Assembly (NCBI GenBank): GCA_951406725.2 | Contig: OX597817.1 | Coordinates: 131,502,001 to 131,566,000, forward strand | Direction: 5' to 3' | DNA from: Octopus vulgaris | Taxonomy: Eukaryota | Length of the DNA: 64,000 nucleotides | The notes under the pieces: generated by a model | What the model saw: the letters and a program-made list of their open reading frames with translations, nothing else | What the model was told of the DNA's origin: nothing | Databases searched by the model: none | Position numbers and translations under genes: made by a program | Shown here: positions 38,753-54,613 of the stretch, in pieces | How positions within the stretch are numbered: position 1 is the stretch's first letter | How the letters are laid out: each line of letters begins with the position of its first letter

Positions 38753-39075
38753 TGCAGAAGTGGCTGTGTGCTAAGTCGCTTGCTTACCAAAGACTTGTGA
38801 GTGGATTTGGTAGACGGAAATGAAAAAAGCCCTTTGTATATATGTATATTTAAATGCATGTATGTATATATGATTGTGTGTCTGTGTTTGTCCCCCCAAC
38901 ATTGCTTGACAACCGAAGCTGTTGTGTTTTCGTTCCCGTAACTTCGCGGTTCGGCAAAAGAGACCGATAGAATAAGTATTAGGCTTACAAAGAATAAGTT
39001 CTGGGGTCGATTTTCTCGACTAAAGGTGGTGCTCCAGCATGTCTACAATCAAATGACTGAAAGAAATGAAAGAGT
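38753..39075 (+). mobile_element. SINE family A with internal deletion
   Basis: Head joined to GTGAGTGGATTTGGTAGACGG; tail present. Confidence 0.8.
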
Positions 39076-39086
39076 ATGTATGTATG

Positions 39087-39158
<72 letters not shown>

Positions 39159-39484
39159 TGTGTTTGCGCATGCGTTAAAAAAGTGAGACAGTTAATCCCT
39201 GCTTTTTACATCAATATTTCGAACTGATGATTCTGAAATGTTTGAAATCAAAGCCAGGTTTTGTTGAATATTAAATGCTGACCACGTACATAAACGCCCA
39301 CTCCATCACTGCTTTGCGTGCGCACTTTGAGTCACGCATGTCCGCATGCATTCATACATGTTTATGTACGTACTGTTACTCATTCAGACACAGAAGCACT
39401 TAGACAAACACTCGTAAATGTCCATGTACTTACACAAACACAACTTCAGAATCTCTTTTCATACACATAGTTACATAGTTACAT

Positions 39485-39813
39485 ATCTAGACATGCTCAT
39501 ATACATTTGAATGATAAACTTCTGGAAGGTTTTACAGATTTTTAAAGTTCTACTGATGGATTGGATCCGTGGTCTTCGAATCAGCTTTCTCCTTTCTGGA
39601 TTTGAGAAGCCTCATTTCTCAAGATTGGTATCTAGGCAGAGTGCTACATATCCCAGGGCCCCAGTAATTACAGGTATAAACCTGAATGTGTAATCTGGAC
39701 AGAGTAACTGCAGATTTCTCAATAGTCCAACATAGGTATTCTATTTTTCACTGATCTTCAGCTTTATGTTAACATCCCCTGAGCAGCTAATTTTCACAAC
39801 TATGCAGTTTCTC
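39485..39813 (-). mobile_element. REL LINE fragment, same family as 470-1771
   Basis: Aligns with 1366-1695; 5' truncation abuts (TATG)n at 39815. Confidence 0.8.
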
Positions 39814-39930
39814 TGTATGTATGTATGTATGTATGTATGTATGTATGTATGTATGTATGTATCTATCTATCTATCTATCTATCTATTTATCTATCTCTTT
39901 AGTCGCCTTCTCTCTCTCTCTCTCTTTCTG

Positions 39931-39985
<55 letters not shown>

Positions 39986-40052
39986 GCACACATACATACA
40001 TACATACATACATACATACATACATACATACATACATACATACATACATACA

Positions 40053-40083
<31 letters not shown>

Positions 40084-40755
40084 GGGAAGGGGTACTGAAA
40101 AGTTCTAATTTCACATCTCAGCTTGATGTATTTGAATGCTAGGTTTAACCCATCGTCTGATTTAAAACCACCCTTTAACAATGACTTTAACTTCGATCCC
40201 TAAAAACGACTGCACTCTGATGGCTGGAACCAAGAAATGAATACAATATTTCTCAAGAAGCCTGCTGCTATATTTGAACTCCGATCATCTTGTTACTTTT
40301 TACTCGGGATAGCGAATTAAATGAGTCAACTCCCACCATCTGTTGTGTTTCGTTTCAGATGACGTTAAAAAAGAAAACAGGAATAACATTTCGAGCCTCT
40401 TAATTACTTACGCCGAAAGAATCTGAACAAACTTTCTTAAAGACGAGGTTATGGCCGTCGCACGGTAATCACGAAACAAAACCACAGGTTCAAACCATTC
40501 AATTTCTTTCATGAAATTTTCCATATGGTTATAAAAGGACAGGCATCGCCCATTTTCTGCTGTATATATATATATATCTTCTTTTTCTTCTTTTAACCTT
40601 TGTATGCTGTGCATATGTCCCATTTTCAGTGTATACTGTGTATGATTACGTTTTTTATTTTATTATTTCTTTATATGCAAATCCCCCCACACACACTTTA
40701 TTTGTGTCTTTGTATTGTCCCCCCTCATCCTTCACCCTTGTGGCAAATAAATGAA

Positions 40756-40811
<56 letters not shown>

Positions 40812-40831
40812 CATCATCATCATCATTATTA

Positions 40832-40882
<51 letters not shown>
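40756..40882. repeat. (ATT)n/(ATC)n microsatellite
   Basis: Direct trinucleotide repeats. Confidence 0.95.
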
Positions 40883-41985
40883 TACCTTTTTCTTGTGGAA
40901 TTTCGTGGTATAAATTATATAAATTATCTGAAAGAGGGAAATAACACTTTAAAAGTAAGATAACAAGAAAATAGTCATCAGGGTCACTTAGTAATCTTAT
41001 TAAAAACAATTTTTGCATTTTTTATTAATCAATTAAGCTATCGGTTAACGATAACTAACTTGACCTTTGAACTTTGGTATTAAAAGCTTGACGTCAAGTA
41101 ATGACCAGCTGGTAGTCATATTTAGCTTCCTGTCAGTCACACTTACGAATCAATTGTAAGAGTGAGTGAGTGAGTGAGTGAGAGGGAGAGAAGGAGGAAG
41201 AGAAAAATTGAGAGAAAAAGAGTGAGTAAGAGAGACAGACAGAGAGGGTGAGAGGGTGAGAGAAAGCGAGAGAGAGTGGCCATTTGAGGTTTTGTGATAG
41301 GAATCTGCAGGTCGTAGTGTTTGCAAATGTAACCAGATGTGGTTGTTTATGTGAAGAACAGAAACATTAAAAGAGTCATAGGCATTGAAATTCGTATAAT
41401 ATTGATACGCCCACAAGCTCACCACACACGCGCACACATACACTCACAAACACAAACCCACATTCGCGCACATATATGTATGCACACAACTTTATTCCAG
41501 TTACATTTTATCAAGTATTCTTTTCATATTTTCGTAATTCCTTCAATTTTGTTTGGAGCAATGAAGCTTGTAAATCTAACACCAACGTTTCTAGACCTTT
41601 ACAGTCTCATCTTCGGGATAACCTCCCAACCAGTAAAGTTACTAGAGCGTTGAACAATATCTTCCGCTTTCTGAGTTGAAAACCTACCATGGTTACCTAC
41701 GTTTCTCGTCCTTTCTTAACTCTATTACTGTGTATTTGGTTCATATTTTACATATTGAAGTTTGTGTATTCTTAATAGACTTCCTGTCTGATGCGTTTTC
41801 CTGTATCTTTCAATGGCTTCGTCTGTTAGTTTGATTTGTTGATCAGATTTAATTGCTCCTAGAAATGTGCAGTGAGTTCTCTTTCAATACTAATGAAACA
41901 AGGAGCTTCTATTTGAATGTTTATTGCTGTAATTTATTTCGTTTTTGTATTTGGCTTGCAAGATTCTTTATATAAATTCGGGTGT

Positions 41986-42270
41986 TAAAGCATATTTCAT
42001 TGTGCCCAAGGTGAGTCGTTCTTTTTTAGTGCCTTATTATTTAACACACTCACCGGTTCGATTTCCGTTCATTTAGTTATTTATTTTTACTAAGTTCTTT
42101 AGTTATTTAATTTTTCTAAAATTTTCGTTGCGTCTTGAAAATGTTGCTAGACGCAAAGAAAATTTTAGAAAAAATGAATAAGTGAATGAATGGAAATCGA
42201 ACCGGTGAGTGTGTTAAATAATAAGGCACTAAAAGAGAGTAACTTTCCCCAGACACAATAAAATATGCTG
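41986..42270. repeat. Fold-back element, family H2
   Basis: Arms AGTGCCTTATTATTTAACACACTCACCGGTTCGATTTCC...AAAATTTTCGTTGCGTCT and their reverse complement; homologous to 7850-8118. Confidence 0.8.
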
Positions 42271-45103
42271 TAATTTAGTTGCATTTAAATTAAGTTTTAA
42301 TTGAGAGGTATAATCTTTTAGAGTTGCTATGGAAAAGGCATTAAATTGTATCGTGGTTTGTAATGATTACAGTTCGAGAATTTAGGGTTTTTTTAATTTT
42401 CTTTGTGGTTGCAGAGTATGAAGTTAGTCACATGCCCGACGAAAGAAGTATCTGCCAAGGCCCTCAGTTATGGATTAAATAGCAGAAAAAGGTGCTGCAA
42501 CTAAAGTATACAGAATTCGGAGATGGACTGGTCCTTATATATGTGTTGCCTAGACCCAATGATATGCGGAAATGCCCTAATGTCACGTAAGTTAGACTCA
42601 AGTTAAATACGTTCTGTGCCTCGGGGGTAAGCTGACGAAAGGAGTCTAACAACTGCTCTAGTTTTCCTAAGAATCTTCAGACTTTGGCCTAGAGTGTGAC
42701 GGTCCACACTTATAGGAATGGCACATAAGTAGAAAGAACTATCTCAGTGTATATAAATTTATTGTTTCTTATGTATCAGAGTACTGATATTTACAATATA
42801 ATCTTTTTTTTTATTTGTGACTAACAGTAATACCCGTCGTCGATCGGGCAATTAATTTTACTCTTTCTCGGGAGCCACACTCAAAGATTTACTCCTCGTG
42901 TATGTGCATTTTATTAAAAAATACGCTTGTAATGATTGAAGGAGAGAAAAGATCAATTTCATACAGGAATTTATGTTTGTTTATTATATGACAATAATAG
43001 GTGAGTTGTATGTGTTACTTTATATATCAATACAGTAATGGCAATTACATAATATACAAGGCTTCGGTCGGTACGGAACTGTAATGAAAGAGAATTGACC
43101 TACATGCCGCTCAGTGGGACTGAACCCAAGGCAACATGGTTGGAAAGCATGCTTCTCAGCCACACAGCCACACCTATAAAAGAGAAATACATTTTGGATA
43201 ACATGCTCCTTGATACAATATGCTTTATAAAAAGATATGTTTACGGCGAGAAAACCTTTGATTTTAATATTTACTCGAGCAACGCAACAACTAACAACGC
43301 TACACTATACTGGCTGTTCCAGAATTTACTGTTACAATGAAATCGAGCAAATAAAAAAAAAACTGACAGAATTTTATATTTATTACCAAAACAAATAGAT
43401 TTATAAATCTTACGTCAAACATTTATTGAAAATTTCCAACATGTCTGTATCCCTGCATACTTCAAATCTCTCTTTAGCATTGTGAAACACATTTTGAAGC
43501 ATTTCAGGAGTTAACTCCTGCCCTGCTATCTTGGGGGTGGAGGTAAAGAAAATGATTGCTGCCAAATTGAAAAAAAGCTGTCATGGACAAATAAGAGGGG
43601 TCCAACACGAATGAAAATGAAATTATAAACAAAATTTAAAATGTATACATTTTTAACACATATTAACCATAATAAGCATAAATAAAAGTGAATTTTAAAC
43701 GAAATGCATCCGATTTCACGCATCATTAATTCTGGGAGACCCTGTATTTACTCGTCCGATTAAACGGAGTGGGGACACAGGGGAGAGCTAATTGTAGGTG
43801 GCGAGTATAGCTTCCAGAAGTAGTCACGCGATCAAACACAAATAGCTTTGAGTCACAACAGCATTTTGTTTTTTGTATGAACATTTTGCATTATATAGTT
43901 CAGACATGGATGACATAGAAAGTAGACATGCTGCCGGGCCATACTACGTTGCACAGGGTTGGAAACGTGAAGCATCAGCAGGGCACTTCTGGAGAATGAA
44001 TGAATGGGTTTGTTGTTCCTTTAAGCAGTCGCACACACACACACGGCCTAAAACAAAGATGCTGTCCAGTGCAGTATACTCAAATCTGATTAATCTGCAT
44101 TTTTGGTGGGGCCCATAGTCGGCGTCGGAAATGTTTTATAGTAAACAGCAATTCGAGGAGCCTGATTAATGTTTGTTGCAAATTTGTAGGAAAGTGAGTG
44201 GACACTCTTCAAGTTACGGACCTTAACACTGCGAAAACGTTTTTAAAATGCAGTTTATCTGCCCCTGGGCCCGCATTAGGTAAGAAGTTGAAATCTTTTG
44301 CCCATAACACTCCATGGATCCTATGAAATGCATGTGTAAAATTTCATTAAAATCAGTTGGGTGGATCTCGAGTTTTAACGACATGACAAACACACATACA
44401 GACACACATCCTGTGTTTTATAAAAATAGATTACGAATATGTTACGTATTCCACCCTTACATATACTGATGCAACTGTTATTAGTTTTTATATCATGCAG
44501 TGTGTTGACCCTTTGCCTTCCAAAAGGTTCTACCTAAACATCCATGCTTGTTTTCATACGTGTAGTTAGCCGTTGCTTCATACGTTCTAAGTAATAGAAA
44601 GCTTTCATTTCTTACTTTCTCAAGTTATTCTGGTGGTTGAAAAAATTGGGATGTGTATCGTACCTGATACATGAATGCTACATAAATATGTTCTGTGTCA
44701 CATATGATATACAGGTGAGGCAAAGGAGTAAGATTTGCATTGTTTATTGGCATATTGAACAACAGGTGCATATCTTTATTATATCCCCATATTAGTAGGA
44801 CTCGGCAACTGACCATGCATTTACAACTATAAGTAAATGCAATGAACTACACTACATAAAACAAAGGAAAACTAAGCAAGAAAACATTGGTGGCAAATTG
44901 ACAATAATGTACAGATTTTTTCACAAAAATAGGCGATTAATGCTAAAATTATTACCCATAGCAGAACATAGGAGACATACAAAGAGAGATACAGTTCTCA
45001 CAGAAGAAAATAAATCCTCGATTAATGGTGTATAGCGAACGAAATTTAAATTTCGGTGGTAATGACTACGTCACATACAGTGGATGAGCTTGCAATAAAG
45101 AAA

Positions 45104-45913
<810 letters not shown>

Positions 45914-45946
45914 TCGTACATGCATATATATATATATATGCATGTA

Positions 45947-46415
45947 CGAAGGTGAGTCAAAAAGTAATGCCATTTTGTTTAGGACAGGTATAATTACCAA
46001 CACAGGAACATCAAAATGAAGCTTATTATGAGTTTATTGATTTTCCTTTTGGCAAGAAATCGACCAGAATGATACCTTGAGCATCCCAAAAGACAGTCGC
46101 CATGATTTTCCAGCTGACTTTTGCATCTTGAACTTTTTCGGTGGTGGTGACGCAGAGTGGCGCCATTCCATCAACTGCCTCTTTGATTCCGGTTCATAAT
46201 GATGAAACCATGTATCCTCACCTGTTGTCTCTTTGACTTTGTAGTGAAGAAGTGGCTCAAAGAACGGTCAACAGAATACGTGCCCCCATTCGAGGGTGGA
46301 ACATTGTTATTGATAGAAACGGTGACTATTTTGAGAAGTAGGGATGATACATGTTCCAATATTGGTAATTATACATGTCCTAAACAAAATGGCATTACTT
46401 TTTGACTCACCTTCG
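45947..46415 (-). mobile_element. Internally deleted mariner DNA transposon
   Basis: TIR CGAAGGTGAGTCAAAAAGTAATGCCATTTTGTTTAGGACA at both ends with TA flanks. Minus-strand remnant TGEDTWFHHYEPESKRQLMEWRH..PKK..SAGK/IMATVFWDAQGIILVDFLPKG. Confidence 0.9.
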
Positions 46416-46487
46416 TAAATATACATGTGTGTATATAAATATATGCACGTGTGCGCATTCGTACTTGTTGCATGTATGTATATGTAT

Positions 46488-46522
<35 letters not shown>

Positions 46523-46645
46523 AGTATATACGTGGAACACATCTTGTTTCTTTTTTGTATTAAAGTTCAAATTTTATCTTCCGCATTTTGTTTTTTTTTC
46601 TAAAAATATGCATATATACATGTGCATGTGTATGCGTGTATTTGC

Positions 46646-46718
<73 letters not shown>

Positions 46719-47814
46719 TATACACACATATTTATACATATACAACACATACATGCATACACATAGCTGTGTGTTCATTTGCGCGCGTGTTAGAGCGAGA
46801 GTGAATATGTGACGAAGTTGATTGCAGATGTCCCAGCAGCCATGTGCGACGTAATCTTTATTCACCTTGTTCCCAGTTCTATTTACCCCCCCCCCACACA
46901 CACACACACTCTCTCTCTCTCTCTCCCTCTCTCGCCGTCTCTCTCCTTCAATATTCCAAGCAGATGTAACAAAAATTCCTTCTATTAGTCACACAACAGC
47001 TTGCTCTGACTAAATGTTTAACAACTGACAGTCCCGAAATATTGAAGTTCACATCGGTTTATAAATAATTCCATGGCGGCCATATTGTATGTTCGACTTT
47101 GTTTACATCCTGCATCACGCACATTGCAGTTTTTCCTCAAATAGAAGACCTTGTTGTACCAGATGTCCTTTGCGGTTGGAAGTTTGTAAGCATAGTCTGC
47201 ATGGTTGAATAAGGTGCGGCTTGCCTTGCTCTTGGTACGCTATGGCGTTGGCTACATCTGATATTGAAAAAAAAAGATATATGCTACCATGTGAACTAAA
47301 CTAAACCAGGAATTTTGTGGGCAGCGTCAGTGTTTGTTGGTATTCATGAAGGATGCGATACAACAGAAATCTAGTAAAGGAAAAACCCGTTTAATAACAA
47401 AAGAAATCTCTCTTTATTTTTTTCAGGTTTTAGTCTTTGAACTGCGGCCATTCTGGGGCATTGCCTTTAAGGGTTTCAGACGAACCGTAATAGTAGTGGT
47501 TTTCTTTGTTTTTTTTAAAGAAAAATTTAGCACTTATTCTATAGATTTTTTGCCGAACCGCTAAGTTATGGAGACAACAAAAAACCGGCAACAGTTGTTA
47601 ACCGGCAGGGACAACGTAACACACAAAAAAGATATCTCACTAATAACGGTAATATGTTCCGAAAATATAATTTTCCCAAATAAACTGCACTTAATATTAA
47701 AGGCTCCGAGGAAGCTATAGGATGCTATCCGGGTACTCAACTATGAGTCCACCACATCTCATAGCAGGAACAGCTGTAAGCTAATGGAGTTAATTACATA
47801 ACCTTTATTTTTCT

Positions 47815-48047
47815 CTTATTTCTGTATTGCCCACAAGGGACTAAACATAGAGGGAACAAACAAAGACAGACAAACGGATTAAGTCGAATATATCGACCCC
47901 AGCGCGTAAATGATACTTATTTAATCGACCCCGAAAGGTTGAAAGGCAAAGTCGACCTTGGCGGAATTTGAAATCAGAATGTAGCGGCAGACGAAATACC
48001 GCTAAGCATTTCGCCCGGCGTGCTAACGTTTCTGCCAGCTCACCGGC
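47815..48047 (-). mobile_element. SINE family B
   Basis: Full reverse-complement match to the unit at 16454. Confidence 0.85.
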
Positions 48048-48213
48048 TTTGTTTTTTTTTTCTATCTCGTCTCTTTGTTCTTAAATACATACATACATAC
48101 ATACATACATACAAACATACATACATACATACATACATACATACATACATACATACATACATACATACATACATACATGCATGCATACATACATACATAC
48201 ATACATACATACA

Positions 48214-48245
<32 letters not shown>

Positions 48246-49074
48246 CATACATATATACCACACAGTTTCTATTTACAAATCCACTCACAAGGCATAGGTC
48301 GGGACGGCGCTATTGTAGAAAGCACTTGCCCATTGTGCCATACAATGGAATTGAACCCGAAATCACGTGGTTGCAAAGCGAACTTCTTCACCACTCAGAT
48401 ATAACTTTAATTAAAAGCATATTGGCGTTAATTGTAGTAGGAGTAGCACCAGTATTTTGTTTTCGCATTTGGCTTGAAAAATTCTTGATGTCAACTCGTG
48501 TGTTGAAAGAAATTATTTTGTATCTCGGGAAGGTCGTTTCGATTCTTGGATCATGCGGTGAGTTGTGCTATTGAGCAAGATACTCCATTCCACTCAGATA
48601 ACTAAGATGAGTCATCCTGCGACGAACTGTTTCAGTTGGAATGGTTTGATCGTGGTCCCTTATACGTCATGGAAAACCGGTTAAACGAGCTTATGAGTCG
48701 TCGGACTCGAGACAGCGATGTCCAGAAGACTTACTTTACTTCTTTATTATCATTAACCATCTCGTTAGCGATTCAACCAATTAACTAAACAAATGTTAAT
48801 CCGTCGGTCATTCACTCACTCAGTCAGTTGGATTGTCAAAGTCCTTCCTTCATGATTCGCGCCCTCATCAATGACACGCCCTCTCGAAACAAACCTGGTA
48901 TAGAAATGAAATGTCATCGATGAGGTCACAGACGGCGGCGAAAGGACTTTGACAAACCTGACTGATTGACTAAACGATTAACCAAACACTATTAGTCATT
49001 TAAATCGTTAACTAATTGAATACAGCAAAATAAGCTGTGAGTTTTCATCAAATAATAATAACAATAAACACAAA

Positions 49075-49770
49075 TCACTTCCAGTGCTTAAAACTGATCA
49101 TATCTCACTCCTTTGAAACTATACTGTCCAAACTAACAGAAAGATCGATGCAAATAGGCCAGGTATTATAGTGAAGGATTTCAGACAAAAATCATGCCTC
49201 CTCGTTGATATGACGTTAATGTATCTGCCAAAACTTAACTAAAACTGAGCAAGTATAAAGATCTTGAAATAGAAATCAGAAAAATGCGGAACCTGAAGAC
49301 TAAAACAATACCTGTTGTTATAGGTACCCTTGGAATGATAGTAAAAGGAACTGATTACTACTTGTCTCAGATACCAAGAAATCCCAAAATAGAAGAAATT
49401 TAAAAAAATAGTGTTCATGGGAATTGCTGATATCCGACGGAAAGTATTGTCTATGTAATTCCAAAAGCATTTTAATCTGTAAACATTGTCAAAAGTACTT
49501 TTAAATGTACATAATAGCTTTTACTGACCTTTTCCTGACCTTTTACTGTCATCTTAAGATCACACTATCGTCTTATAATCAAATGACTTTCAAGACACAC
49601 TTCTAATTTTCTTGTTTTGACAGACATTCTCTAGAAGAATACTTTGTACAAAACCAAAAATATGGCACCCTATAGTCATAACACCAACTCGAACTTCTTA
49701 CTTCTTGTCTTTTGAGGTCTTTGGATGAGACATGGAGTCAACTTGTACAAATACAAAGCAAAAAAATGTA
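49075..49770 (+). mobile_element. REL LINE 3' fragment (R4/Dong-like) with 3' UTR, ending in (TAA/CAA)n
   Basis: NRPGIIVKD, KLSKYKDLEIEI, TIPVVIGTLG motifs. Confidence 0.7.
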
Positions 49771-49802
49771 ATAATAATAACTACAACAACAACAACAACG
49801 AC

Positions 49803-49879
<77 letters not shown>

Positions 49880-49919
49880 GAGGAAAAGAACAAAAAACAG
49901 CATAGAAAGAGAAAAATAA

Positions 49920-50510
49920 ACTGTCAGTGTGCAAGAGATACGAACACCAAGACAGATACAGAAGAGCGATGGCTATAGATGAGGAAGAATGACTTGAAGA
50001 CAGAGACAGAAGCATTCATATGCACCGCTTAAGAACAAGCATTAAGGACTAACTATGTGAAGGGCAGAATCTACAACACCACCGATAGTGACAAATGCAG
50101 AATGTGTGGTGAGAGGAGTGAAACGATATGGTACACCGTAAGCGAATGCCCGAAATTGGCACAACGCGAATAGAAACGACGCCATGACAATGTGACAAGA
50201 ATGATCCATTGGGAGCTCTGTGGAAATCATGGCCTACAAAAAGCAAGACGTGGTATGAATAAGCCCCAGAAGGAGTCACCGAGAAAGAAGACTGCAAAAT
50301 CCTGTGGAATGCAATGATTCGGTGCGATCACCTGACCAGACATCGAAAACCAGACATTATTATGGAGAATGAAACAGAAAGAACATGGATGATAATCAAC
50401 ATAGCACGTCCCGGTGACAACAGGATCGAAGTGACAGATGAAGAAAAACTGGGAAACTCCGAATTGAAGTGGGAAATACGAAGTTTGTGTTCAATGAGGA
50501 GAGTAGACGT
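49920..50510 (+). mobile_element. REL LINE fragment (zinc knuckle plus nuclease), different R4-like subfamily
   Basis: CRMCGERSETIW..SEC, RRHDNV, KPDIIME motifs. Confidence 0.7.
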
Positions 50511-50769
50511 GAGTCCAAGAAGTAAAGTGTCCTTCAAAGCAGACCTAGAAATGAAATTGTCAAATAGGTAAGAAGTTTTAAACAGGAGCAATTTATACAA
50601 AATTGGAAAAACTAAAAGTTGTTGAGGATGAAAGAAATTTATTATTGTTACTGAATATGTTAGTGTTATTTAATTTCTGAGCGGTTTTGCTGCCGTGTGT
50701 TTATGTAGTTTGATTTCTTTATCCATCAGTTTCTACGAAGATAGAGACGCGAGTAAAATAGAGAAACGA

Positions 50770-51088
50770 AAATAAAAGTTTAGAAACAGTAACGCTGCCA
50801 TAACTTACGTTGAAAGCATGGGCGCGCTTTCAAGGGAGATAAACAGAGAAAGTCTCGAAAGTCAATGTAAGATCGTAATACTTCATGTAAAGTAAATATA
50901 ACACATAATCCAGAATCCTTGTCCGGTACCAGATCGATCCGAAAATCTAATCAGTTCGTGCCAGACACAAGGCCAAATATCCTTGAAAGTTTCAACCGTA
51001 TCCATTCAGCAGGTCTTGTGATATCTTGTCCACGGACAAACAAACAAACACGACTGTAAAACAATACATCCACCTTCGCTAAGGCAGA

Positions 51089-51092
<4 letters not shown>
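50770..51092. mobile_element. Possible Helentron/HINE-like non-autonomous element
   Basis: Ends in hairpin-like CCTTCGCTAAGGCAGAGG then TAAT; subterminal (ACAA)n. Confidence 0.3.
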
Positions 51093-51165
<73 letters not shown>

Positions 51166-51197
51166 TGATGATGATGATAATAATAATAATAATAATA

Positions 51198-52203
51198 ACT
51201 ACAGAAAGGCGTTTGATAGCATCCCCCATACATGGATCCTCGAAACACTAGCCATTAACAAAGTAGCACCAACAATTATAAAGTACATAGGACAATTTTT
51301 GAATAAATGGCAGACAGTGCTACAGCTCCAAACAAAAGAGGGACTCGTGAAAACCAAAGCCATCCCCATTAGAAGAGGAATATTCCAGGGAGACATGCTC
51401 TCTCCACTCCTTTTCTGCTTGGCACTGTCACCTCTATCTGATATGCTAAATAGAACTGGATGCCGATATAAATGTTACGGCAAAACGATCAGCCACCTTT
51501 TATATATGGATGACCTAAAACTATATGCTACAAATGACAAACAACCGGAAACACTACTAAAGACTGTTCATGGATTCACCAAAGAAATATATATGAAATT
51601 TGGATTAGAAAAATGCGCCAAAGTAACCCTGAAAGGAAGAAAACTAGTTAAGAGCAGCAACATCACACTAGGTAAAACCAATGAAATAAGAGAATTAGAC
51701 CAAAGCCCAACTTACAAATATTTAGGAATCCATGAACTAGATAAGACACAACACACACAAATGAAAGAGAAAATAAAGAAAGAATACTACAGACGAGTTA
51801 GATCAATACTAAAAACAGAGCTCAATGCTAAAAACAAGATAATAGGTATTAACACTTTAGCTGTCCCAGTTATAAGTTACAGCTACAATATCCTTAACTG
51901 GACGCTAAATGAACTAACCAAAATAGATAGGAAAAGGCTATATATACAACGTATAGGAGGTGGTAGAGGCCTTATACAGCTGGAAACTACTATAAAATAA
52001 CCACCATAGGACTGCAAAAATACCTACTTCAGAAGCAAGGAAAACTGATACAAATAGCGACAAAACACGAGCAAAACAAAAAATTGTTCTCAGTATTTAA
52101 GGAAGCCGACAAATACAAACAAGAAATCATACCATCTAACAAATATGAAGAAGAAGAAGAAGAAGAAGAAGAAGAAGAAGAAGAAGAAGAAGAAGAAGAA
52201 GAA

Positions 52204-52234
<31 letters not shown>

Positions 52235-53243
52235 AAGAAGAAGAAGAAGAAGAAGAAGAAGAAGAAGAAGAAGAAGAAGAAGAAGAAGAAGAAGAAGAAG
52301 AAGAAAACACACAAAAGCTATAAAGCAAATGAAATCAAGACTAAAACTAGAACAGCAACGGACCATGATAAAGTGATGCCAAGAAAAGCCCCTTCATGGC
52401 AAGTACTGGACTAAACTAAATGCAAAAGAAATAGACAAATAAAAATCCCAGCAATGGTTGTGAAGCTCAGGACTCAAAGCAGAGACAGAGGGATTTTTAA
52501 TTGCAGCACAAGACCAAAGTCTCCCCACCAGAAATTACCAAAAACATGTATTGAAAAGAAATATAACAAGTAACTGCAGAATATGTGGAGATGGACAAGA
52601 AACAATAAATCATATTATCTCTGGCTGCCCAGTCCTGGCTACGAAGGAATATATTCACAGACACGACAGAGTGGGGAACTACATACACTGGAAGCTATGC
52701 CAACATTATGGAATAACAACAGAAAAAAGATGGTATAGGCAGACACCAGAAAAGGTCACAGAAAACGAGAAAGCAACCATACTCTGGGATATGCCGATAC
52801 ACACAGATAGAGAAATTAAGGTCAACAGACCAAATATAGTTGTCAGAGATCATGAAGAAAAAATAATGCTTTCTAATTGATGTACCAATACCAGCAGATG
52901 ACAACGTTTTTCTAAAAGAAATGGAGAAACTTTCAAAATACAAAGACCTGGAAATAGAGGTAACCAGAATGTGGAATCTAAAAACAGAAACAATTCCTAT
53001 CATAGTAGGTGCATTAGGTATGACAAAAAATATTCAGACAAATACATAACAAAAACACCAGGACTTACAAACACATATAACATACAGAAAATTGCACTAC
53101 TAGGCACTGCACACATCCTACGCAGAACACTTTCAATACAGTAACCATCAGAGCATCACAACAAATCACAGCACATATCCAAGGCACACAGAGCTGCGCT
53201 CGGTAGTGAAGTGAAAGCACGTTATAAAAATAAAACTACTGAA
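51198..53243 (+). mobile_element. R4/Dong-clade non-LTR retrotransposon, 5'-truncated, inserted in (TAA)n
   Basis: YRKAFDSIPH, GIFQGDMLSPLLF, HLLYMDDLKLYA (RT); CRICGDGQETINHIISGC, RHDRV, NRPNIVV, KYKDL (CCHC plus REL); (TAA)n on both flanks. Confidence 0.92.
52147..52305. repeat. (GAA)n expansion inside the LINE ORF
   Basis: GAA run with one TAA interruption. Confidence 0.95.
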
Positions 53244-53245
53244 TG

Positions 53246-53352
<107 letters not shown>

Positions 53353-53886
53353 AGAGATGTAGTAGAAATGGGGCGTGTGTTTATCATTGATATAATGACT
53401 TTCCCAAGATACAAGATTATTAACATTCATAGGTGTGAAATTCCTACATCCTTGTGAAGTTATATCTTTCATTAAGGGTGAGGTGTACCTGATATCCTCA
53501 ATAAAGTTTCTACAATAGGACCCTGCCCCTACCAGATGCACTCTGTTGTTACAGTCAGGACCTAGATCCACTGGTGAAATAGCGACGATTTTTTTCTGAG
53601 ATTTCCTTTAGTCCAAAGCTGGCCATCTCCAGACCAACACAAAAACACAAACCTGGCCTACAAACAATGAAATACTCGTCAAGGTTAGAGCGCTGCCTCT
53701 CGATTGCAGTGTTAAGATGTTCTGTCTATTTGGCGTAAATATATTTTCATCCAAATAGTTTGTGGCAGTGAAGTAACAAAATGCCTTAAGTATCAACGAA
53801 CTACAAGGGCACAGAACTGACATGAACACCCGACCCCGCGGCACACTGTTGCCGATCCTATCCTCCCCTCTATCATGATTAGCTTT

Positions 53887-54160
<274 letters not shown>

Positions 54161-54613
54161 CATCTTATAGGTCTTACTAATAATACAGACGGAGAGCTGG
54201 CAGAATCGTTAGGACGTCGGGTAAACTGTTTAGCGGTATTTCGTATGTCTAAGTCTTTTGAGTTCAAATTTTGCCGAGCTCAACTTTCTAGTTTCCAGCA
54301 TTGTAGTAAACTCTTCCTCCATTCCTCCCTCCCTCTTTCTCTCTCTCTCTATATATATATTATTGTCATATCTAGTATAATTAACTTTTATTACACATTG
54401 AAAACCATATATTGAACTTATTTACTCTTCCCTGTCATATTCAAATACATGCACCACATCTTCATGAGTACCAATATAATAAATTTCTTGTGTGTGAGTG
54501 TGTGCGCGTGCGACAGAGAGATCGTTAAAATGTAACAGACACTGCCCTCCGCTGGTTAAATAGGATACTAAATTACGGAATATTTCGCTTATTAAAAAAA
54601 AAACTCCGTATAT

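Noticed and set aside
48771-49021. Old MITE-like inverted repeat (TGTCAAAGTCCTT / AAGGACTTTGACA)
   Set aside because: Arms are too degenerate to define termini or a TSD by eye.
52029-52414. Poly-K, poly-S, poly-F and poly-L ORFs
   Set aside because: All are frames of one (GAA)n expansion inside a dead LINE.
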